A DNA stretch of 32,000 nucleotides from NCBI GenBank assembly GCA_942493095.1, contig OW818675.1, positions 2,040,001-2,072,000 of the forward strand. The letters run 5' to 3'. Of this stretch, positions 12,171 through 20,200 are shown piece after piece. The DNA is from Candidatus Electronema halotolerans (lineage in GTDB: Bacteria > Desulfobacterota > Desulfobulbia > Desulfobulbales > Desulfobulbaceae). The translations under genes were made by a program, and so were the position numbers. The notes under the pieces were generated by a model that saw only the letters and a program-made list of their open reading frames with translations, had not been told where the DNA came from and searched no databases. How positions within the stretch are numbered: the first letter of the stretch is position 1; each line of letters begins with the position of its first letter.

Positions 12171-12629
12171 TCAGAAAAAGGTCGCCATCAGCGTGGCCTC
12201 GGCAGCAAGCGTGTCCTCAACAAAAACTTTGCCGGACATGGTGGTCAGCTTGCTCCGCTGCTTGAGGAACTCCAGCTTGTAGATGAGCTGATCACCGGGC
12301 CGCACCACCCGGCGGAAGCGCACTTTTTCCAGCCCGGCAAAATAGACCAGCTTGCCGTGCATTGAGTCATCAGAAAGATAGGCCAAAACTGTGCCTGCCT
12401 GGGCCATGCCTTCCAGCATCAACACGCCGGGCATGACTGGCTCGCCGGGAAAATGACCCTGAAAAAACGGCTCGTTCATCGAGACATTTTTCAGGCCGGT
12501 GATGCTTTTGCCGCGCTCAAACTCCAGCACCCGGTCCAGCATGATGAAGGGATAACGCTGCGGCACCATCTTGAGCACCTCTCTGATATCCAAAGGCATC
12601 TGCACAGCCTGTTCTGTTGCTTCTGTCAT
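12171..12629 (-). CDS. fabZ: 3-hydroxyacyl-ACP dehydratase FabZ
   Basis: VPQRYPFIMLDRVLEFERG...NEPFFQGHFPGEPVMPGVLMLEGMAQAG. Confidence 0.97.
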   Translation of the reverse strand: MTEATEQAVQMPLDIREVLKMVPQRYPFIMLDRVLEFERGKSITGLKNVSMNEPFFQGHFPGEPVMPGVLMLEGMAQAGTVLAYLSDDSMHGKLVYFAGLEKVRFRRVVRPGDQLIYKLEFLKQRSKLTTMSGKVFVEDTLAAEATLMATFF

Positions 12630-12825
12630 GATCGCACTATATTGAAATAAAAAAGAAATACCTTGCCAGTTCTCACAAGTTGCAGGTACACCGCCGCGCT
12701 GCGGCAGCTGACAGCATACAGTATAGGCAAAGAAGACGGTTTTGTCATGGAAAACTGCGCCGCAGGAGCAGTTCCGGGCGGGACGGCGCAGGAGAATCAG
12801 CAGGATTTACAGGATAATATCCCGT

Positions 12826-13899
12826 TCAGACGGATTCAATAACGCCATCCTCTGAGGTGACAAGATATATCCGTACCGGCAGGCTGGAACGCTGTTCAGC
12901 GTACTGCTTGGCCCGCAGGCAGACCGCCCGCACCAGATCAGTCCGGCCTTGGGCCAGCAAGTGCTGCAAGATTTCTCTGGCCGTGTTGGCCAGAGCCAGC
13001 TTGGCTGCCTCGTCCTCAGCCAAGCCGAGCGCGGCGAGCAGTTCTGCCGCCTGCCGCATGTCCAGCGCACCGTGGCGGACATGGGTCTGAGGAATCTCCA
13101 AAGCGCATTTCAGCACCTTGCCCCACATGCCGGAGAGATGAATGCGCTGAAAGCCGTGCTCTTTGGCCGCCTTGAGGGCGTGGTCAAGATAATCGCCCAT
13201 CATCACCTGCACCTCTTCCGGCAGAGCAAGCAGCTTCTGGGCCGCCGCCTCTGAGGTGCGGCCTGTGGAGAGCAGCACCTCGTCCAGTCCGGCAGCGCGG
13301 GCCACCCGCATGGATGCGTCAATGGTGGCTGTCCAGGCGGCAGCGGAAACCGGGCGGACAATGCCGGTGGTGCCAAGAATGGACAGCCCGCCGACGATGC
13401 CCAGCCGTTGGTTCAGGGTCTTTTCAGCCAGCCGGGCACCGTCAGGAATGCTGATCGTGACGCGCAGGCGCAGATTTTCCTGACCCGCGTCCTGCAAGGC
13501 TTCCTGCACCGCAGCCCGGATCATACGTCGGGGCACGGGATTGACAGCTGGTTCGCCGACCGGGATTGCCAGCCCCGGTTTAGTCACCGTGCCGACTCCT
13601 TGCCCGGCTTGGATTGCGACAGCCTCGCCCGCGCCGCCTGGCTCCTGCAAGCTGACTGTAGCGATGATCTCCGCACCGTTGGTCACGTCCGGGTCATCGC
13701 CCGCATCCTTGATCACCGAGGCTGAGGCAATGCCGTCCTGCACGGCGCAGTGATGGAGCGCGAAGCTGTGGCGGCTTGTGTCGGGAAAGGGAATCTCCGC
13801 CTGAGCTGGCGGCTGGCCGCGCAGCAAAGCCAGTGCCGCGCCTTTGGCAGCAGCGGCGGCGCAGGCCCCGGTGGTGAAACCGGAACGAAGTCTGCTCAT
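12826..13899 (-). CDS. cbiD: Cobalt-precorrin-5B C1-methyltransferase CbiD
   Basis: MSRLRSGFTTGACAAAAAKGAA...GTTGIVRPVSAAAWTATIDASM. The ORF-track start at 14052 extends into low-complexity repeat sequence, so the ATG at 13899 is preferred. Confidence 0.93.
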   Translation of the reverse strand: MSRLRSGFTTGACAAAAAKGAALALLRGQPPAQAEIPFPDTSRHSFALHHCAVQDGIASASVIKDAGDDPDVTNGAEIIATVSLQEPGGAGEAVAIQAGQGVGTVTKPGLAIPVGEPAVNPVPRRMIRAAVQEALQDAGQENLRLRVTISIPDGARLAEKTLNQRLGIVGGLSILGTTGIVRPVSAAAWTATIDASMRVARAAGLDEVLLSTGRTSEAAAQKLLALPEEVQVMMGDYLDHALKAAKEHGFQRIHLSGMWGKVLKCALEIPQTHVRHGALDMRQAAELLAALGLAEDEAAKLALANTAREILQHLLAQGRTDLVRAVCLRAKQYAEQRSSLPVRIYLVTSEDGVIESV

Positions 13900-13970
13900 G
13901 TCTGCGCAGCAAAACATTGCGCAAGCAAGGTCTTGATTTTCTGAGTCAGCGGGGCGTAAATCATATAAAA

Positions 13971-14048
13971 GTGGAGAGTTAAGAGTTAAGAGTTGAGAGT
14001 TCAACCTCTCCATTCTCCACTCTGAACTGTCCATTCTCCCCTCTCCAC
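13971..14048. repeat. Short-period repeat with perfect 8-bp terminal inverted repeat GTGGAGAG/CTCTCCAC
   Basis: gtggagagttaagagttaagagttgagagttcaacctctccattctccactctgaactgtccattctcccctctccac. Confidence 0.75.
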
Positions 14049-14232
14049 TCATTTAATTCCCGCCGCGCACACCAACTGAACCTTGCGGCAGTCTTTTGCA
14101 GATTCGTGGAGGTCGGTTTGGGGCACGAACTATCAAACTCATTTCGGCAGCAGCGGAACCAAGCAGCGCAAGGCTTGGTTCACTGATTCTGAGTCCGGGA
14201 AATAGGGGCGAAGATCAGGTTATAAAATAATA

Positions 14233-15276
14233 TAGCGGTTTCGTATTGAACAGATATCAAACCCAGCAATGACGGAAAAACGATTTGATTGATTTTGACT
14301 TAACCGTTTTCAGAGATATATCATAAGCTTCCATCAGCTCACGCTCTGTTCTCGGCTTCAATTTTCTTATAGTGTTTTTCATTACTGACCAGCAGTATTC
14401 AATAGGGTTCAGTTCAGGACGATAAGGAGGGAGGAAAATGATCTTCGCTCCTGTACTTCTGATCAAAGCGAGAGCTTCTTTGTTTTTATGAGGACTGGCA
14501 TTGTCAAGAACGACTGTCTTGCTGCTGTCAAGATATTTCAAAAGATAATTTTTTATATAGAAATAAAAGACATCTCCTGTCATGGTGCCTTTAAATTTCA
14601 TGCACTTCAATATTTTTCCAAACTTTACAGCTCCTATCATGCTTATTCTTTTCCCTTTACCTGAAGGTCTTTTTGAAAAAGCTCTTGTTCCTTTTCTTGA
14701 TCTTGCAAATTTTCTCGACATGTTCAAACAGCATCCTGTCTCATCAATAAAGATGAAATTCTTTTTGTCAGCCTCGAGCAGGCCTGCAAGGTAATTAACT
14801 GTCTTTGCTATATTTTCCTCTTTATACGCCGCCGGATCGCGGAAAGTTTTTTTTCCGGCTGATTTTCAGTCTGGCGAGAGTTTCGCACAGCGTGGAAGGT
14901 GCTATTTTTAAATTGAATTTCTCGTATAAGCGATCACACATCTCTTCAAGCGTAAGATCGTTCTCGTCATCAATCATGCTGGTCAGAAAAGGCATATGAA
15001 CTTCCTTGATTTTCGGAGGATTTCCGCCTTTATGAGGCTTCGGCTCAAGCGTCCCCTCAGTCTTCCATCTTTTTACAAGACTTTGAACAAATTTATAGGA
15101 AACGTCAAGCAAATCTGCAGTTCTTCTCAATGATTTCTGTTTTTCATAAACAGACAAGACTTTCTTTCTGAAATCAATAGAATAAATCATGGCAGACCTC
15201 CGTGTGTAAAAAAATGGAAAAAACAGACAAGTCAAGTTTAATCTTTTTCTGATAACCATACAACCTGAAACCGCTA
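14233..15276 (-). mobile_element. IS630-type insertion sequence (about 1044 bp), flanked by TA duplication
   Basis: Terminal inverted repeats TAGCGGTTTC.../...GAAACCGCTA with a flanking TA at 14231-14232 and 15277-15278. It contains a split DDE transposase. Confidence 0.88.
14257..15190 (-). CDS. IS630-family transposase in two frames (helix-turn-helix part 14822-15190; DDE part ending at 14257), joined at an A8 run
   Basis: MIYSIDFRKKVLSVYEKQKSLRRTADLLDVSYKFVQSLVKRW... then, in another frame, TFRDPAAYKEENIAKTVNYLAGLLEADKKNFIFIDETG...SMIGAVKF...VVLDNASPHKNKEA...FLPPYRPELNPIEYCWSVMK. The shift occurs at the T8 run (+ strand) at 14847-14854. Confidence 0.88.
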
Positions 15277-15630
15277 TAGTATCGTCTTTTCTCGGCATGA
15301 AGTCCTGAGTCTCGATTTCTCCGTTCTCTTTATGAACAGAAACGGAATATCCTTCCTGCATCATTTTGTGATGCTTGCCGCGCACTCCGCCTGTGAAATC
15401 GTATTCTGAGCGCATCTCTTTTCCTGTTTTTTTCATGTCAGCAGCCCTCATAGAATTGCCGTTCTGACCTGTTGCCTTGCGGCAGCTTATCGCCTGGGCC
15501 GCAGCCTCAGGCCTCTCTGATGTGTTTCGGAATAGTCATCTGCCCTTTTGCGGTAACTCTGAACTTGTGTATCATATCACCAATGGGCTGTTTGTCATTA
15601 CTCGACGCAACGGAACGACAGAATGTGCAA

Positions 15631-16059
15631 TCAATCTGTCGGAGGATGCAACCCAATGATAAACAACGCTTTACGAATATTAACGAGTCCTGGCCGATTC
15701 AACTTTAATGCCTGAACCGTTGCACGTCCAACCGCCGTCAGCCCGACAATGCGGCTATAATCGTGATTCCAGCGAAAGTGATCCTGCCATTGTTGTGTTC
15801 TGGGATTATACAGCGGAACGACTTTTCCGTCCGCCGGGTCGGGAGAGCGTATTTTGTTATACTTGTGCGCGTTGCATCCCGGACAGGCTAATGCCAGATT
15901 TTCCAATGCTGTTTCGCCATTCAGGCTGACCGGCATGATATGCTCCACGGAAAAGGACTGGGTTGCAAAATCAGCCCTGCTCTGGCAATACTCGCAACGC
16001 CCTTGGGCACGCTCGGCAACAGCCTGTTTTTCCGGGACGGTCACATAGCGTCTAACCAT
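15631..16059 (-). CDS. HNH endonuclease
   Basis: CEYCQSRADFATQSFSVEHIMPVSLNGETALENLALACPGCNAHK HNH core. Confidence 0.93.
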   Translation of the reverse strand: MVRRYVTVPEKQAVAERAQGRCEYCQSRADFATQSFSVEHIMPVSLNGETALENLALACPGCNAHKYNKIRSPDPADGKVVPLYNPRTQQWQDHFRWNHDYSRIVGLTAVGRATVQALKLNRPGLVNIRKALFIIGLHPPTD

Positions 16060-16453
16060 AAGCGGGCGGATGAATATTTAAGGTGCTCATCAATGCTGTC
16101 ACGGATACATTACGCAATTGAGCCAGCCTGATTAATGCCTGCGCACGTTCTGCGTCTGCCAGTTCAATGTGTTCAATCAGCACCAGCAGTTCCTGCTGTT
16201 CCTCATGGGTCAGGGTTTCAGCATGACGCTTTTCTGTCAGTTCGTTATAACGCCGTTGCGTGTCCGGCGGCAAACTCTGATTGATTTTCTCCAGCATTTC
16301 AGCTTCCTGCTTGGAAAGACTCGGCGCGATACGTCTGGCACGCAAGGTCAGCACCCAAGAAACGAACTGTTCCAGATCGTTCGTTTCCAGTTGCGCGACA
16401 CCTTTGAGCAAGTTGTTGAGAGTGACTTGAGAACGCATTTCAGTTGTCGGCAT
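16052..16453 (-). CDS. Small helical protein, overlaps and probably coupled to the HNH gene
   Basis: 133 aa MPTTEMRSQVTLNNLLKGVAQLETNDLEQFVSWVLTLRARRIAPSLSKQEAEMLEKINQSLP...; 8-nt overlap with the HNH start. Confidence 0.7.
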   Translation of the reverse strand: MPTTEMRSQVTLNNLLKGVAQLETNDLEQFVSWVLTLRARRIAPSLSKQEAEMLEKINQSLPPDTQRRYNELTEKRHAETLTHEEQQELLVLIEHIELADAERAQALIRLAQLRNVSVTALMSTLNIHPPAYG

Positions 16454-16517
16454 TTTTTACTCCTTGGTAAAGCAAAACTCAGGATGTTACCGTCCTGAAG
16501 AGGCGGAAGAGAAACAG

Positions 16518-16536
16518 CCCGGAGGAATACTCCGGG
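16518..16536. terminator. Possible terminator hairpin lacking a clear T-run
   Basis: CCCGGAG-gaata-CTCCGGG perfect 7-bp stem in the intergenic region downstream of the DUF1566 genes. Confidence 0.4.
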
Positions 16537-16650
16537 CCGTTCTGATGCTGAGTATATCATATCACCGGTTAGGCCGTTTGTCGGCATAATCTCTTTATGG
16601 CCCCGGCCTGCATGGCAAAGATGCACGGCTGTAGCGCAAAAAAAACAAAA

Positions 16651-17172
16651 TCACTGTCCGCCGCGCACCAACCGAACCGCGTGGACGTAGTTGCGGGAGT
16701 GGGCGTTGGAACCGCCGGAGTGGAAATCGACGTACCACGCGTAGACCGAGTAGCCAGCATACGGCGACCCGGACCAGACAACAGATGATGGCGTATTGGG
16801 AAAACGGTTCAGGTTGATCGCAGGATTAGAGCATTGTTCCTCAACAAGAGAAATAAGCTCATTGATATTTGGTAATCTCCAATCTGTATGGCCTGCAAAG
16901 CCGCCGCTGTTATTGACAACACTTGACTGTTGAAGGGCCTCCTGCCATGTAAAAGTATCTGGTGTGCCGCTCCCGCAATCATCGCCGGAAAAACCTTCCA
17001 CGCATTTTTTCCATGTCAGGCTGGTCTTGCTGTCCGTGACTGTGCCGTCGCCGTTATCAACAAGCTGGCTGTCCGGTGTGGAAGCGGGAATAGAATCCGG
17101 TCTACAGTTTTGGGCTGCTTGGACGGTCATTGCGGAAAACATGCAGCAGAGCATCAAAAAAAACGTTCGCAT
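16651..17172 (-). CDS. Secreted DUF1566/Lcl_C-type protein (short), candidate DGR target
   Basis: Signal peptide MRTFFLMLCCMFSAMTVQA, then DNGDGTVTDSKTSLTWKKC...WQEAL...DWRLPNINELISLVEE...FPNTPSSVVWSGSPYAGYSVYAWYVDFHSGGSNAHSRNYVHAVRLVRGGQ. Confidence 0.88.
   Translation of the reverse strand: MRTFFLMLCCMFSAMTVQAAQNCRPDSIPASTPDSQLVDNGDGTVTDSKTSLTWKKCVEGFSGDDCGSGTPDTFTWQEALQQSSVVNNSGGFAGHTDWRLPNINELISLVEEQCSNPAINLNRFPNTPSSVVWSGSPYAGYSVYAWYVDFHSGGSNAHSRNYVHAVRLVRGGQ
16681..16755 (-). other. Candidate DGR variable repeat core, copy A (25 codons)
   Basis: GGC TAC TCG GTC TAC GCG TGG TAC GTC GAT TTC CAC TCC GGC GGT TCC AAC GCC CAC TCC CGC AAC TAC GTC CAC (coding strand). It differs from copy B only at codon positions 1 and 2. 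Confidence 0.7.
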
Positions 17173-17237
17173 AATCTGAATCCTGTTCGAGAGGGAACAC
17201 AAACCGGTGGTGCGTCACACAAGACAAAAAAACAAAA

Positions 17238-20200
17238 TCACTGTCCGCCGCGCACCAACCGGACCGCGTAGTCGTAGTGGCGGAGGTAGGCGCCGGAATC
17301 GCCGTTGTAGAAATAGACGCTCCACGCGTCGTCCGAGCCGTTCGCATAGGGCGAACCGGACCAAAACTCAGAACTAACTGTATTAGGAAAATAGTTGATG
17401 TCTATTGCCGGGTTATAGGAACCATGATGAACAATACTGTTCAGCTCCTTGCGCGTCGGCATCCGCCAATCCGAAGCCCCGCACCAGCCAGCAGCATTCA
17501 CCCGGTTCACATACGCCTGCGTGTTGCAGAACTTGGAAGGATTGCTGCTGTCATACTCATAACAGGTATTGCCTCCATAATCGGCAGAACCATCGGCTCC
17601 ACCATTGGTCGTTGGATCAGTATTGTACCACGTATAGGTATCATCTTTATCATGCAGCCCGCCGTCATCAGTCTTCACCTCCCAAATCAGGCCAGTGACA
17701 TTGTCTTTCACGCAGGCCCAAGGCGTGGTTGCATAATCCGCGCTTTGATCATCTAACGGCACGCCGTTGCTGTCTAACTTAGTGTAGCTAAATCCGGCAT
17801 GGCCGTCACTGTCGTCATTATTGGTTGCATCACGGCCATGCGAGCAGTCCTGTTCTGCAACCACGTTGTCGTCGTCCGGCGTACTTGAAGCAATGCAGGC
17901 CGTGTTGTTCCCGGACTTATAATTGCCGCTCCACGTTATGCCAGTGTCGTTTAATGGTGTCGTCGCAGAAGCAGGCGGCGGAGTTCCTGCAATATGCGCA
18001 GAAACCTCATTGGAGAACGGCCCAAGCCGACTGTTGTTATTGCTGTAAGCCTGCATTTTGAATACATAATCAGAACCCGGAGTCAGGCCGGAGATAACAG
18101 CGTGACGATCATAGATGCTGCGTGTTTCCAGCAATTGCTCGCTTGCATCCGCTGCTGAAGTATCTAAAGCGAAAATCTGAAAACCCATCCAAGGTTCTGA
18201 AGTTTCCGGCATGAACGTCCAATCCAAACTTGCCTGTCCAGGTGTGGAACCGTCAACAGAATCCAGCAGCGTTGGTGTGTCTGTTGGTTCAAGATCATTG
18301 ACATCAATATCAACCGTTTTATAGGTGTTGCCAAGCTCTTCATCAGGCAAGTTCTGTCCAACGGATGCCTCATTATAGAAAAAAGGCTTGCGCAAATATC
18401 TGCCAACTGGCAGATCAGCAGTTGCAACAGACAGTTGAACAAGTTCGTCTTCACCCGGAGCCAACACACCGGAAGAAGGCGTGATGCTGATTGCCGCTGA
18501 TCCGTTGGTCGTGTTCCAGTGCAGGTCTTCATCGCCAGTGTTGGAAATCGTGAGATTGCTTGCCAATCCGCTTGCATCACCAACATCAATGGTGGAGAAT
18601 ATGCCGTCGCCTTCAACAAGAAGGAATGAACCTTTTGTGTATTCAGGACAGCTATTCTCAAAGGTCCATTTTTTTATGGGCCATTCAGCTGTATAAACAG
18701 CAAAATTTAACTTTTTCAGTTTATCCAGATGGAGTAATTTTCCGATTTTCGTACCAGCACCTATATCTATATTTTCTATATCCCAGTTAAATTCAGCCTC
18801 AATACCTGCCAAAATTTGCGCCATCCTTTCAACACAACCTTCGGCAGAAAAAGATTCGCTTCCTTCAATTTTCACATAGGCTTTCAAAGGGATTTCAGGC
18901 CCAGTAAGGTTGTAAATTTTCATCCCTGATTCAATCAGCAGGCCACCTCTGATAGAGGCATTAAGCTCTGTTGTTATTGTAGAAAGAAGTGGGGAGACAG
19001 ATTGGGAGAAACTTTTATGTCGAGAGAAACCTGTATTTTTATTGTAGAGCATCCCCCTTTGCATCTTCTCTTGCACCGAAATTCCAAACGTGCTTTTGAT
19101 TTCTATGCTCCCATCATCAATAAAAAAATAAATATCTACACTTGGAGTTATCCATACTGGGACAAAACCGATCATGAAATCGATAGATTTAAGAGGAATT
19201 GTACCTATTTTTATCTTTTTCTTGTTGAAAAATGTCAACTTTTGACTTGCAGTTAATTCTACCTTCTGTTCTGAGTCTGCTTTAACAATGAACTTAAACC
19301 CTTGCAAACCATCAAACAGTTTGTAATCAACTCCAACGTCAATAGAAATGTCAAGAGTTATTTCCCCTGTCGCAGATAGGGTTCCTCCATGACCATCATC
19401 ATATAACGTAACCTTTAATGATTGCGATATAGCCCTGCCATCTGCTGATGTACTGGAAACAGCAGGTTCTTCACCGAGCTTAATGACAAAATGAGTATTA
19501 TCTGGTTGATCAGAAACTTGTAAACTGGTGCCCTCCAGTCCGCTGAAAGCTGTTGGTGAAATGGTTGCGGGCAGCCCAGCAGCAGCCGGTTCTGTATATC
19601 CTTCCAAATCACCATTGGTCATCTGTTTAAAGATATGTCCTGTACCCTGCGCAATAACTTCATCAAGAGCTGCATCAGCAGTGTCAAACTGATACGAGGT
19701 TGAGGAAATCTTTTTTATTCCAGTAATCTTGCGCAGGAAACCGCCGCCGTCATCACCAACAATAAAATCACCGACATTGGCTGCTGCCAGCTCGTCAATC
19801 AGGTCATTCATATCATCTGACAGCCGCACGGAAACCGTATTTGTTCCAACGGTATTGCTGGTCGAACTGAGATTATGGACAACGCCGTTCAGAATAGTCT
19901 CTGTCCTGCCGAAATTGGCAACCACAGACTGACTTCTGTTCAGTGCCACCGTGCATTGCGTCAAGTCAGCGGAAACATTTTCACAACCTGACCAGCCTAA
20001 AATTTGCGCATCAGCACCTGCTGTCGCTGTAAACGTGATCGTGCCGCTTTCATCCTCAGATACGAAGATATGATCTTCATACACTGGATCTGCAAGAGTG
20101 GAATCAACTGAAAGGCTGTGCGGTGCTCCTGATGCAGCCTTACCCGGACCAAATACAGAAAGAGTTACTTGAACAGTATGATAACGGGAATCAGGAACAG

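Larger units (their letters stand above)
14139..15451 (-). pseudogene. Small antitoxin-like gene interrupted by the IS630 element (5' part 15279-15451, 3' part 14139-14230)
   Basis: In silico removal of the IS and one TA copy gives MKKTGKEMRSEYDFTGGVRGKHHKMMQEGYSVSVHKENGEIETQDFMPRKDDTIIL*PDLRPYFPDSESVNQALRCLVPLLPK*. Frame is restored, with one in-frame stop. Confidence 0.78.

Noticed and set aside
15472-15708. Plus-strand ORFs beside the IS-disrupted gene, including ...LVYHITNGLFVITRRNGTTECAINLSEDATQ at 15477-15659
   Set aside because: The second ORF could be the C-terminal remnant of a truncated gene, but I cannot assign a family and its start is only a TTG. Not supported as a feature.
16681-17342. 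Possibility that a DGR reverse transcriptase or template repeat lies inside this window
   Set aside because: I scanned the ORFs and the 16454-16650 and 14053-16060 regions. There is no reverse-transcriptase-like protein and no AAC-rich copy of the variable block. If a DGR exists, its core must lie outside the window.
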